Assembly: GCA_951406725.2 (NCBI GenBank)
Contig: OX597815.1
Span: forward strand, 29,636,001-29,700,000
Reading direction: 5' to 3'
Length of the DNA: 64,000 bases
DNA from: Octopus vulgaris
Taxonomy: Eukaryota
The position numbers and the translations under genes are program-made. Under the pieces are notes generated by a model. The model did not search any database, was not told the DNA's origin, and saw only the letters and a list, made by a program, of their open reading frames with translations. Shown one piece after another: positions 1 to 12,873 of this stretch; the stretch's first letter is position 1; every line of letters starts with the position of its first letter.

Positions 1-269
1 AACATAATATGGTTATAGATACACTATTAGAAAAAAATCCCTGTTCAATTATGACCGGCACGTTTTTGATGATAGGTTTTCTCTGTCAGGGTTGATCTAT
101 AAAATCAACCCAGGTGGATAACAGGAAAAGCTGTCTCAGGCGAGATTTGAAGTGAGTATGCAAAGCAACATAACTAAATATTCCAGGGTATTCAGATACA
201 TTTTACTGAGTCTGCCACTATACCATTAAACTCATCAAATATTTTATTAGTTTTGGAGAATGAACCTAC

Positions 270-332
270 CTGCAATTTTTGAAGTGTCTTGTCTTGTCTT
301 TCAAGAAGAACATTTCGTCTGGCTTGACCAAC
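270..332 (-). CDS. EVC2: EVC2/limbin-like exon (VGQARRNVLLERQDKTLQKLQ); gene continues beyond left edge
   Basis: tttaacag acceptor, CAG|gtaggt donor, 63 nt, phase 0-0, continues frame from exon 2415-2561. Confidence 0.75.
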
Positions 333-1066
333 CTGTTAAAAAAAATGGAATTAAATCTCAAATGTATTGCAATAATGCTTTTATATGGGAAAAAAGATAG
401 CGCGGTCAAGTTCCAGCAGGCCGCATCTCTGATTAAGCTTCGATTTATAGTCGTAGCCTCTTCACATCATTTATACTGATAAACCAATGGTATTGAGAAA
501 CATAAATGGAAGATATTATTTTCTGCAACACCTACAGAGTAAAGACCTCAAAGCCTGTGTATGTAATCATTACAACCATCTATGAATAATCGATTTTAAT
601 ATGGTCAATTACTAAACTTAGTTCGATGACTCATCACAGATATATTTTTTCTCTCGTCTACTACTCTCTTTAATAAAGAGCAGCGGGTAGATTTGTCGAT
701 ATAAATTATGAGCCGAATAATCGATGTGAAACTCTGTTAGAGACACTGAACAGTATCTAGAGATAAAAAGAATTTATAGATTGCGGGTTTAGTAAGTTTT
801 TACATAATTCGCACCATCATGAAGACAAGCTGAAGCGTTATTGTGTAAGTAACGAGTCAATTCTTATTTTAATTTTGCTGTGTTAAGTTCTAGTCTCTAC
901 GACGGGAAAAGCCTAGTAAAAGATGGGCTCTGCTAGATTTTGTTTATGCCAGGCAAAAATACAAAGCTTCAATGGTTTTCTAGCAGTCGATTTGTATATA
1001 GGAATCGTTGGTAAAAAACCATAAAAGAAGTGATATTTTTGTGATTTGTGTAAAGGTAAATCAGTG

Positions 1067-1300
1067 AAGGCGGTGAGCTGGCAGAATCGTTAGCACGCCG
1101 GGCGAAATGCTTAGCGGTATTTCGTTTGCCGCTGCGTTCTGAGTTCAAATTCCGCCGAGGTCGACTTTGCCTTTCATCCTTTCAGGGTTGATTAAATAAG
1201 TACCAGTTACGCATTGGGGTCGATATAATGGACTTAATCCGTTAGTCTGTCCTTGTTTGTCCTCTCTGTGTTTAGCCCCTTGTGGGTAGTAAAGAAATAA
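1067..1300 (+). mobile_element. tRNA-derived SINE, family A
   Basis: aaggcggtgagctggcagaatcgttagc head, gagttcaaattcc B-box, gtcgactttgcctttcatcctttc core; many copies in window. Confidence 0.85.
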
Positions 1301-1689
1301 GTAAATCAGTTTTTGCATGGGAAAACGAACCCACAACTCTTGCAATAAGAGGACAACGCCTCATATACTAGCCATTGGTATTACTTCTAAATAGTGGTCA
1401 TTTTTGGTAACATATCTAATTAATGAAACATACAGTCTCTTGTTGTGGTGTCATTGGGAATTATAATGGGGTGAAGTTTTTGAAAGTATGAAACAAATGT
1501 TTATAGAGAAGGGAAACATGGAAGGCATGAAGGTCATTCATTTTCCTTGGCCAATAGCAATAGTCACGTAAAGAAGATGAAATATAAAGCGATTCGTGAT
1601 CAGAACTGATCCTCGAATAGAACGTACAAGAATCTATCTTTTACTTTACAGAGCTCACCTTTTCACACATACATTCCTTTCCATTTTTT

Positions 1690-1880
1690 GCCATAAGGCC
1701 AGCAAATTCGAAGAAAAGAAAAAAAGGATTACACCGACGCCAGTGCCCAATTGGTACTTATTTTATCGACGCCAAAAGGATAAAAGGCAAAGTCAAATTC
1801 GGTGGCATTTGAACTCAAGACGTAAGGAACCGGAAGAAATGGTTTCAAACATTTTGTTCAGCGCGATAACGATTCTGTCA
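1690..1880 (-). mobile_element. Degenerate SINE family A copy
   Basis: aaaggataaaaggcaaagtc...tttgaactc matches the reverse complement of family A. Confidence 0.6.
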
Positions 1881-1974
1881 GTTCATCTTTTCATAACTAT
1901 AATAATTTCGAACATAGGCAATTTTAATCGTTATAATTAGCTATACATTTCCCCAAAATGTTTGGGAAATGTAT

Positions 1975-1977
1975 ATG

Positions 1978-2025
<48 letters not shown>

Positions 2026-2029
2026 CACA

Positions 2030-2101
<72 letters not shown>

Positions 2102-2122
2102 TATATATATATACATATACAC

Positions 2123-2158
<36 letters not shown>

Positions 2159-2181
2159 ATATGTATATATACACATATACG

Positions 2182-2246
<65 letters not shown>
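1975..2246. repeat. Compound (CA)n/(TA)n microsatellite
   Basis: Direct reading. Confidence 0.95.
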
Positions 2247-2414
2247 CGATTTCAAGATTTTATTGGAAGTATGATAAGTGAAGTTGACCTTAGTGGCCAA
2301 ATACCGAATGGTGTTTTGTCAGCTGCTCAACAGATTCTCTAACCTCACTCATACGTTGTCCATTCATAAATATAACGAGTTACAAGCTAAATATAACGAA
2401 ATATAATAACTGAC

Positions 2415-2561
2415 CTCAAGTTTACCAATTTTAGCAATCAGTTCTTCGTATTGCTCTTCTATTAAACTTTCAGTTTCTTTTAACAGAGTCTCTTGCATTT
2501 TAGTCATAGCAGCAGCCTTCTCATTCTCCAGCTTCTTTTCTGCAGCTTCTATTTCTGATTC
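2415..2561 (-). CDS. EVC2: EVC2/limbin-like exon (ESEIEAAEKKLENEKAAAMTKMQETLLKETESLIEEQYEELIAKIGKLE)
   Basis: Long pyrimidine tract + ctgcag acceptor, GAG|gtcagt donor, 147 nt, phase 0-0, coiled-coil. Confidence 0.85.
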
Positions 2562-3061
2562 CTGCAGTAAAGAAGAAAAAAAAAAGAAAAAGAAAAGCAC
2601 AAACAAAATTAGTGTCCTCCCCCTCGTCCTCTCCACCTCTCCTTCTCCTTTTCCTCTTCCTCCTCGTCGTCCTCGTCTTCGTCGTCATCATCAGCAACAA
2701 AATTATTATCCTCCACTATATCAATGTCCAGCGTGGTTTTCATTGCTATCTACTCTTTCGTCGTTCGTCGTCGTCCTCCTCATCATCATCACGATGTCTG
2801 CTATTGCTGGACATGGCGATATGTTGTTAAGCTGAATGACTGAATGGACTATGGTTCGCATTAAGTCATCAATACATATACACATGTACACACGTGCACA
2901 CGCATTAACCCGCACCACCACACGTAATTGGAAGCTGGAGCTTCTTGAGTCGTTGCTTTGAAGTATATCCCCCCCCCATAACGTACCAATTCACTTAGTT
3001 GTACAATGACTTGAGCTGTCACTGTACGGCTGAAGATTAGTCTCTCTTCTCTGAATTTCAT

Positions 3062-3370
3062 ATATGTTTGTTCCTCCTCGAGCCATGCCTGGCTCATAAG
3101 GGCCGGTTTCCCGGTTTCTTTGGCATATATGTTCCCCACCTGGACGGGACGCCAGTCCGTCGCAGGTGAGCTGCAAGATGCAGGAGGAATGAGTGAGAGA
3201 AAGTTGTGGCAAAAGAGACAGCAGAAGTTCGCCATTACCTTCTGCCGGAGCCGCGTGGAGCTTAGGTGTTTTCGCTCATAAACACACACATCGCCCTTTC
3301 TGAGATTCGAACCCGGGATCCCTCGACCGCGTGTCCGCTGCTCTAACCACTAGGCCATGTGCCTCCACAA
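3062..3370 (-). mobile_element. tRNA-derived SINE, family C (V-domain-like)
   Basis: tggcctagtggttagagc A-box, ggttcgaatc B-box, cctgcgacggactggcgtcccgtccagg central motif. Confidence 0.8.
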
Positions 3371-3880
3371 TTTCATATCTAATTAATATTAATTAAAATT
3401 TCAGAGTTACATCTCCTCCGTTTTTTAAAAAATATTTTCAGTCTGAATCAGTCATTTGGTTAATGACTGTTTTCAATACTAACGGTGTAATCTTAACAAT
3501 TTAAAGTTTCTATTTAGTTTATTACATCGAACATGCAAGAGATCATTTTCAGCATTAACATCTTGAAAGCCAGAATATCTTTAAAAACTACCTCACCTCA
3601 TCCGGAATAGCTTTGTATACTACCTCACCTAGCATTCAAGGGAAAGTAATGTAAATATGAATGTGTAGTAAATGATCTTACTGATTAAATCTGGTCAAAT
3701 TAGCAGTTTTTCAAAATATTCCAAAGATGAGACATGTTATAGTAATCTAACGGCTCCTAAGCAAAATACCCCCAGAGGAAGGTGACGTTCATAAGAATGT
3801 ATGATTGAAAGAGCCTGCTTAAAGTAGGCTTAAGAAGGAGTTATTAAAATATTCGCGATGAACCAGTATATACGTATATA

Positions 3881-4110
3881 TTTCTTTACTACCCACAAGG
3901 GGTTAAACAAAGAGAGGACAAATAAGGACAGACAAACGGATTAAGTCCATTATATCGACCCCAGTGCGTCACTGGTACTTAATTTATCGACCCCGAAAGG
4001 ATGAAAGGCAAAGTCGACCTCGGTGGAATTTGAACTCAGAACGTAAAGACAGACGAAATACCACAAAGCATTTCGCCCGGCATGCTAACGTTTCTGCCAG
4101 CTCGCCGCCC
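3881..4110 (-). mobile_element. SINE family A
   Basis: Reverse-complement match to 1067-1300; flanked by a gtatatacgtatat direct repeat (TSD-like). Confidence 0.85.
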
Positions 4111-4283
4111 TAACCTGTATATACGTATATATTAGGCATTCCCTACTGTAGTTATGCGTTTTTTTTTACTCAGAAGAAGGAAAAGCATCATGATTATTAT
4201 TGTTGTTGTCGTTGTCTTTTTTTGTCTCCTCGTCACCGCCATCATCTACCATATGTTTGTGTTACAAATGAAAAGAAACGTAC

Positions 4284-4377
4284 CAGTTTTTTATCTGAAA
4301 TTTTATTATTGCCATTTCTTTTCTCTTCTTGAATTTGTTTCAGTTTGTTTCGTCTTTGGTTTATCTGAATCTGAAGA
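4284..4377 (-). CDS. EVC2: EVC2/limbin-like exon (S-LQIQINQRRNKLKQIQEEKRNGNNKISDKKL)
   Basis: cgtcag acceptor, CTG|gtacgt donor, 94 nt, phase 2-0 matching both neighbours. Confidence 0.75.
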
Positions 4378-5405
4378 CTGACGTTTTAAAAGAGACAATC
4401 AATAGTTTGGAACTGAAGACAGATATTTTATAGACACAAATTTGAAGACGATGTTGTGTAGAACAATCAATATTTTGTATATGAAACCTAATGTTTTGTA
4501 CAGACAGTCATCTGTTTTTCAATAGATTAGTGAAAGCTGGAAGAACAATGGTATAACCTTTGCAGGTACTTTCAGACAGGTTAAACTGATGTTTGTGAGT
4601 TAAGCCTACACATTTAGAAAGAGAAAGTTGTGGAAGGGATCAGAAATCTGTTTGAATGTGTCAGACAGAGTGAACTTCAATAAAAAACATCCAGAGATCA
4701 GGTCTTGGTGGCGCTAAATTGGGTACTAAAATACCCGCATTGTTTTAGAGATAAATACCTGTTTTTGTACATTAAAATAAAAGCACCACCACCTGGCCCT
4801 TAATGAAGTCCACTTTGTTAAATGTTTTCAGCCTAGGCCTCCGGTTTCAGGAAAACTTCCAACCTTCCCTCCACCAATATCAAAGGCTCTGAAAAAAATA
4901 AAGGGTTATGGGAACTTTCCTCTGCTTCTTGACAATGTAGCTAAAAAAGTCTGGTACATTTTTTATCACCAATAAGGGTAAAAGACAAAATTCTCTCCAG
5001 CAGTTGCAAAGTTAGAAAGTAGAGGGATGAAACTAAATACAATAAAGTATTTAGTTATGCCTCGAAGTGTCTTTGGTAAAAATGTATAGTGAAGGAGTTG
5101 TAATTGACTGTTTCTTCAGAATATTGATATGGCTCAGAATCTAAAGGCTCTCGTTCATCCCAAAGCAGTTCTGAGCGAGCAAATTTATGATCAAAGTCAT
5201 TCAAGCAATGACTGTCAGATTTTCACGTAAGTAATATCTAAGATTATATTTATCTGATATGAGAAAGATTTAGTTACTATTTATAGCAGAGCAAGAAACC
5301 ATATAAATAAGTAAATGGCATGGAAACAAAACTTCGAAAAAGATAACCAAATAGATAGTAGAATAGACAAAAAAAAAAAATACACTGACAAACACATTTA
5401 ATTAC

Positions 5406-5495
5406 CTTTGTTCATATTTGAGACGAGAAAGTTCCATCTGGTTACCAACTTCCTTAATTTTCTGTTGGTGTTCTTTCAAAAGGAGATCTTTTTTC
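5406..5495 (-). CDS. EVC2: EVC2/limbin-like exon (KKDLLLKEHQQKIKEVGNQMELSRLKYEQ)
   Basis: ttctag acceptor, AG|gtaatt donor, 90 nt, phase 2-2. Confidence 0.8.
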
Positions 5496-5757
5496 CTAGA
5501 AAGTATATATGTCTCAAAATTAAAGTTTGAGGACTTTATAGAATTGCATTTATCACAAGCGGGATACATCTTGTTGGATACACTTTAAAGTATGTTAGTT
5601 GTGCAATACAGCATTTTTTAGTTGCTACAAGCCAAACTGGTACTAATTTTTGTGTGGAGATTTAAGCTTTTGGTCAGCTGTCTTTTTGTTCATTTCAATT
5701 TGAAACAATTTCCCTTATATTACTGATAGTCTTTAGAAAGACATCAATGTTTCATCT

Positions 5758-5837
<80 letters not shown>

Positions 5838-6150
5838 GGCAGACAAATAGACACACAAACATACATAGGTTTGTATATAGTATAATTCACGTTGTTTAAA
5901 TGCTCCACGTTATGTTGCCAAATTCTTGCTAAATGTCACGAAAAAGCATTTCCCCTAACCCTATACTTATCACAAAATCTTTTGCCTTCATAGACAGTAT
6001 AAGCAGAAAAAAGTTCCAGTATGAATGTGTGTAACCATTCTTTTTGAAATTGCAACAACCCTAATATCTGTTCTCTCAACGGCATGTGCTTTTCTAAAGT
6101 ATTTGTTTACCAAGCGAAGTTTTCTTGTACTACACACACACACACACACA

Positions 6151-6250
<100 letters not shown>

Positions 6251-6390
6251 TCCTAATTATATATAAACACCTAGCCGAAATATAAGACTATAAAGGAAAA
6301 ATTTAATCGCCCCGCTAATTGTGACAGGGTGCTGAAGCACATATATTGCAAGAAATAAGAGTTAAAACGTTTAATGCTGTGTGAAGCGGG

Positions 6391-6453
<63 letters not shown>

Positions 6454-6546
6454 GGGGAGGTAACAGCTTCATGAGCGAATCTAAAGTGTTTATATTAATT
6501 TTTAATATACACATTAGCATTTCGCTAAATCAGTCAACTATTTTAT

Positions 6547-6588
<42 letters not shown>

Positions 6589-6589
<1 letters not shown>

Positions 6590-6711
6590 TGACAGATATA
6601 TTTAGCTACACCATCGAGCGATTGAGTAGTCACTGCTATGACTGATAAGCGAAACTAGTCTAGTCCAGTTATCCTAGGTCCGCTCATGGGGCAGTTATCT
6701 CCCCTGTCAGT
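6589..6711. mobile_element. Small element with ctgacag/ctgtcag inverted ends inside (TA)n
   Basis: tatactgacag...ctgtcagtata termini; internal ccatcgagcgga/tccgctcatgg pairing. Confidence 0.5.
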
Positions 6712-6879
6712 ATATATATATATATATATATATATATGTAGGTCCCGGGTTGAGTCGGGGTTAACCACAGTAAATAAGGTACTCAATACATAGCAGAGTA
6801 AATTAATTTATTTTATAGAAGGAGGTTCTACAGGACTAGAACTGTTTCATTCAAATGAAATCATCAAGAATATATATAT

Positions 6880-8485
6880 TTGATATTAACTCTCACGCGA
6901 CTCTGCATCTTTCTTTCTTTCTCTCCCATTCCCTTTTTCGTCTTTTTTCCCTCACTTAACTTGTCTCTTCCTCTCTCTCTCCCCCTCACTGTTCTTCATG
7001 GTCTCCTCGCACCATTCCCCTTCTTCTCTCTCTTCCTCTTGCTCCTCCTCCCCCATTCCCGTCGTCCATCTGCGACGATACTTCCGTCGTAACTGCTATC
7101 CTGTCTTTTCTCGCCCGCCTTCTAAGGCTACTGGTCGACATCTTCCTCTCTCGTCGTCCACTATAATCCAGCGTTTGCAATACTTTTTTCGTCTGGCGTT
7201 AACAGCCCTTCTTATCTTGTTCTCCTTGTCCTGTCTCTCACTGTTATATATTTATTTTTCCACTGTTTATATATATATTTTTTGTTTATATGTTTGTACT
7301 GTCGTTACCGTCTTGCTTTTTTTACCCCTCTGCGAAAAGATCTCAGAATTTTAATTGATTTGCTTTTCGTAGGAAGGAATTTTTCTTCGAAGTATACGTC
7401 TCGCTTTTATCCTTCGAAACGTTTAGTAGATGAAACCTTAGCGACTGAAGAAGGGGATTTTTCGTTGTGCTTATTGTCCTGTATCTCTCTTTTTTTTGCT
7501 TGTCTTGTTCCTTGGTTTGTGTCTATGTTTTTCGTCTCTCTATGTGTTCGACGTCTTTTTGGTGTCCTGTACACATATATGCGTGTATATGTACATGTAG
7601 AGGTAGGTACGTACATATATGTTTATATATATGCATATATTTTATTAACATATTATACGACTAAACGCACGCACCCTATTAAGTAAGATTGTTCTGTTTA
7701 TCAAGTTAGCCTTGATATTAACTCTCACGCGACTCTGCATCTTTCTTTCTTTCTCTCCCATTCCCTTTTTCGTCTTTTTTCCCTCACTTAACTTGTCTCT
7801 TCCTCTCTCTCTCCCCCTCACTGTTCTTCATGGTCTCCTCGCACCATTCCCCTTCTTCTCTCTCTTCCTCTTGCTCCTCCTCCCCCATTCCCGTCGTCCA
7901 TCTGCGACGATACTTCCGTCGTAACTGCTATCCTGTCTTTTCTCGCCCGCCTTCTAAGGCTACTGGTCGACATCTTCCTCTCTCGTCGTCCACTATAATC
8001 CAGCGTTTGCAATACTTTTTTCGTCTGGCGTTAACAGCCCTTCTTATCTTGTTCTCCTTGTCCTGTCTCTCACTGTTATATATTTATTTTTCCACTGTTT
8101 ATATATATATTTTTTGTTTATATGTTTGTACTGTCGTTACCGTCTTGCTTTTTTTACCCCTCTGCGAAAAGATCTCAGAATTTTAATTGATTTGCTTTTC
8201 GTAGGAAGGAATTTTTCTTCGAAGTATACGTCTCGCTTTTATCCTTCGAAACGTTTAGTAGATGAAACCTTAGCGACTGAAGAAGGGGATTTTTCGTTGT
8301 GCTTATTGTCCTGTATCTCTCTTTTTTTTGCTTGTCTTGTTCCTTGGTTTGTGTCTATGTTTTTCGTCTCTCTATGTGTTCGACGTCTTTTTGGTGTCCT
8401 GTACACATATATGCGTGTATATGTACATGTAGAGGTAGGTACGTACATATATGTTTATATATATGCATATATTTTATTAACATAT
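6880..8485. repeat. Near-identical tandem duplication, period 832 bp (6880-~7653 and 7712-~8485)
   Basis: Identical ORFs offset by 832 (6880/7712, 6998/7830, 7407/8239); ~58 bp unique spacer. Confidence 0.92.
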
Positions 8486-8501
8486 ATATATATATATATA
8501 C

Positions 8502-9043
8502 GCGAGAATGAAGCAACAAGAATGGATAGGTTTTTAGTACAATCGTTTCATACAAGGACAGGTTTTATTAAAAGTTGCAAAGATTACAGCATATAAACGT
8601 GTCCCGTACTCATCAGCTAAAATACATGTGAGTTCTCTAGACATCCTAGTGGTTGAGGCTATTACTCATGAAGTAATGTAGATAATTAAGTAACATAAAC
8701 AGATTTCAAAAGTTCATTAAAGTTCTTTAAAGATGATGTACAGTCTTATCACAGAATTTTAAAAAAGTCTTAATAGCATTTTTTAAAATTCTGTGATAAG
8801 ACTGTACATCATCTTTAAAGAACTTTAATGAACTTTTGAAATCTGTTTATGTTACTTAATTATCTACATTACTTCATGAGTAATAGCCTCAACCACTAGG
8901 ATGTCTAGAGAACTCACATGTATTTTAGCTGATGAGTACGGGACACGTTTATATGCTGTAATCTTTGCAACTTTTAATAAAACCTGTCCTTGTATGAAAC
9001 GATTGTACTAAAAACCTATCCATTCTTGTTGCTTCATTCTCGC
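8502..9043. repeat. Fold-back palindrome with 265-bp arms (8502-8766 / 8779-9043), PLE pLTR-like
   Basis: Arms are reverse complements with a 12-nt spacer gtcttaatagca; each arm carries a hammerhead motif. Confidence 0.92.
8923..9013 (+). ncRNA. Type I hammerhead ribozyme motif (mirror copy on - strand ~8532-8622)
   Basis: ttttag CTGATGA gtacgggaca...tgtccttgtat GAAAC gatt GTA ctaaaa: 6-bp stem I, stem II, minimal stem III, GUA site. Confidence 0.75.
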
Positions 9044-9155
9044 TTATAATCACCCCACATTACTGTATTGTTAAATCAGTATAGTTTTTTTTGGTGCATC
9101 TAAGTTAGGTACCATATTCAAGTAAATTCATTTAAATTAACTTGAATCTTTATTG

Positions 9156-9229
<74 letters not shown>

Positions 9230-9309
9230 GATAGAACAGCAGAAACAGGATAAAATATCCATACAATGTATGCCAGCAACCAGCCAGCAACCAGCCATAC
9301 ACACACAAA

Positions 9310-9389
<80 letters not shown>

Positions 9390-9396
<7 letters not shown>

Positions 9397-9990
9397 GTAT
9401 TTGTTATTTGTTTTGCAAGATACTTGATGTGGAATTGGGTGTTGAAAAAAAGATATTGTTATACTTGGGGATGGCCATATTTTCCCAATTAAACACATGC
9501 ACTATATATTTGGTTTCCACTTCAGCTTTATTGCTCTTATTTTAGGCTTTTGTTTTGTCAAAGTTCTTTCGTCATACATTCTGTGGAATAAACAGGACAA
9601 AAGGAGACACGTGGGATGGAAAGTTGCTGAAGAGGTCACAGACTGTGTGACAAGAACTATAGTGAAATGTAATTCAGTTGATTTTTCACCCGCCTTTCGG
9701 AATTTATGTGTCTCTAGCCAAAACGAATCAACATAACAGTTCTTTTGTCACACAGTCTGTGACCTCTTCAGCAACTCTCTTTCTTACATGTCTCCTTTTG
9801 TCCTGTTTCTTCCATACCACAGAAAGAGAAAATGGAACAATCAGAACAAAACGGGACACATGGGTTAGAAAGTTGCTGAAGAGGTCACAAAATGTGTGAC
9901 GAAAGAACTTTCACAAAAAGACCCCTAATATAATAGTACACGTGTTTAATTGGCAAAATATGACCATTCCCATGTATAAAAATATGTGTG
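9390..9990. mobile_element. Rearranged nested fold-back of a PLE-associated repeat (related to 50780-51010)
   Basis: The module gttgctgaagaggtcaca..tgtgtgac recurs in alternating orientations; outer arms ~9465-9505 / 9930-9975 are inverted. Confidence 0.65.
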
Positions 9991-10000
9991 TGTGTGTGTA

Positions 10001-10521
10001 CAGGGTTATTCAAAAAGAATGAACCGATTTCATTACGCAATATTTTAATAAGAAAAAGCAATAGAAAACTCCCGTTAAGCTACAAGTATTTACTCACAAT
10101 CAACTTTTATTTCCTATTTTACAAATGTTCAATGTGTCCACCACCTGCAGCATGGGCAACATCAATGCGATTAGAGAATTCCTCTCAGACGCGTACCAGC
10201 ATATCAAATGCAAGTTCATTATGGAACTAAAGAACAAATTTGCTTTGCTTGAAGAAATTCTAGAAGATATTGACATAGAAGGGAAATGGAAAAACTTCGA
10301 TAAAGCATTCAACCGGACAGCCAAAAAGTCCTCAGTGGATCGTGATATGCTGATTCGCGTCTGGGAAGAATTCTCTTATCGCATTGATGTTGCCACATTG
10401 AACACTTGTAAGACAGGAAATAAAAGTTGTGAATCAATACTTGTGACCTAGCTGGAGTTTCTATTGCGTTTACTTATTAAAATATTGCGTAATGAAAACG
10501 GTTCATTCTTTTTGAATAACC

Positions 10522-10524
<3 letters not shown>
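10001..10524. mobile_element. Tc1/mariner-superfamily fold-back element: two inverted transposase 3' ends around an RTE-like fragment
   Basis: TA + cagggttattcaaaaagaatgaacc / ggttcattctttttgaataaccct termini; arms encode DMLxRVWEEFSxRIDV...HIEHL*. Confidence 0.8.
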
Positions 10525-10563
<39 letters not shown>

Positions 10564-10746
10564 TTAATCCAAATAAACAAACAATTCAAATAAAAAACAA
10601 AAAAAAAGCGAACATGAGGACGTGCACAACAAAAAATATATTAGTTTGATGCTCGGTGGAAGGGGAGAGTTTGATGTTTCGAGTATAGCTCTTCATCGGA
10701 AAGGAGAAAGGGAAAAGTTGAGATTTACAGAAAAACAAAAGTTGTA

Positions 10747-11034
<288 letters not shown>

Positions 11035-11705
11035 CACACACACTAATACACACACACACACGCATGCACACACATATGCATATCATGATATACGTAAATA
11101 TACTGTTATGAAAATGTTCAATAATAAGGATTATTTTGATTTCGTAGCTAAAATAGGTGTTTATGGGTTTTAGATTAAAAGATCAATGACGTCGTGAAGC
11201 CATGCTACTAGAACAGTGACGTAGTATTTCTGTTATAACTTGATGTTAAGTACACGCTGAGCAAATGAAATTCTAAACATACACATGCTGTCAAATATAA
11301 CGTAGCTTACAAGCTATTGTTGCTTATTTCGATTGTCGTCAGTCAGTTTTTGATGAACAGCTATTGATCAAAAGATAACGTTGTTGTGATTATTAAAACA
11401 GATGTAGACATACAGTAATGTTTGTATTGATTTCTTTTGCCGAGATACAAGCCAAATCTTGTAGCAAATGGCGAAATGATTAATTTTGATCTGATCTATC
11501 GTACTGAATTTTAACGATTATTGTGCGACAAAAGACGAAGTTGTCATTCCATATTCGATATCAGAAAGGTCAGGTATTTAGTTTTATCTTGTTTATCGTC
11601 TGTTGTCTAATCTTCTTTTACGGTCTTCAAATAGATGCTTATGTTGATTTATTTTGGCTAAAGACACACTATTTCCAAAGCACGGGGCAAAAATCAACAG
11701 AATTA

Positions 11706-12577
11706 TTGGGTTGTCCGGAAAGTTCGTGCCGATTTATAGTAGCTTACCTTTCGAATTATTTTAGAACGTGGTTGAGTCCATAAAATAGGATTTGACTACA
11801 CTTCCTTTTGGAGCACAGTTTAAGCTATCTTTTCGCGGAAGAAGGTTTATGTTCCTATAACCTGTGTTAATTCTGTAACCCTTTAAAATGGAAGATAAGA
11901 AAGTTCATTTTCGGCACTTGATGCTTTGGGAGCCAGACAAAAATTGCTGGTGCTCGGCTGGGATGTGTTACCCCACCCTCCATATTCACCAGATATTGCT
12001 CCTTCGGATTTCCACTTATCCAGGTCTCTGCAGAATAGTCTTAATGGTAAAAATTTCAATTCCTTGGATGACATAAAAAAAATACCTTGATGAATTCTTT
12101 GCCATGAAACCACCATAATTCTGGGAAGAGTGTATTTTCAAGTTAAAGGAAAAATGCAGACGCATTGTGCAACCTTTAAATGCGTCTCCATTTTGCACAA
12201 TGCGTCTCCATTTTCCCTTTAACTTGAAAATACACTCTTCCCAGAATTATGGTGGTTTCATGGCAAAGAATTCATCAAGGTATCTTTTTTATGTCATCCA
12301 AGGAATTGAAATTTTTACCATTAAGACTATTCTGCAGAGACCTGGATAAGTGGAAATCCGAAGGAGCAATATCTGGTGAATATGGAGGGTGGGGTAACAC
12401 ATCCCAGCCGAGTACCAGCAATTTTTGTCTGGCTCCCAAAGCATCAAGTGCCGAAAATGAACTTTCTTATCTTCCATTTTAAAGGTTCATATTCGGTTGA
12501 TTAAAAAGGAAATGGCAAGTATTTATTGACCTTTTCCTTTCCTTTAAAAATCGGCACGAACTTTCCGGACAACCCAG
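11706..12577 (+). mobile_element. Internally deleted mariner with an internal inverted duplication
   Basis: TA TSDs; TIR ttgggttgtccggaaagttcgtgccgattt; MEDKKVHFRHLMLWE fused to WDVLPHPPYSPDIAPSDFHL. Confidence 0.92.
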
Positions 12578-12873
12578 TACATTTCAGTATAGCACTGGTA
12601 CTTAAGGTGTCGAGTTGGAAGAATCGTTACTGTGCGATGCAAAATGCTTAGCGACATTTCATCCGTCTTTACGTTTCTCTAAGGTCGACTTTGCCTTTCA
12701 CGCAGTTAAGCACCGGGGTTGATGTAATCGGCTTAAACCCTCTTCAGAACTTGCTGGCCTTGTGCCAAAATTTGAAACCAATAAACTACTGGTCCTTATT
12801 TTATTGATTCTGGAGAAATGAAAGACAAAATCAATTCAGCGCCTTGTTACTAGGTATTTATATAAACACTTAC

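Noticed and set aside
1924-2342. YI/HT/CV/LSIY-rich ORFs here and throughout the window
   Set aside because: Translations of (TA)n, (CA)n and (ATCT)n microsatellites
3280-3370. tRNA gene
   Set aside because: tRNA-like head continues into a SINE body; no proper acceptor stem
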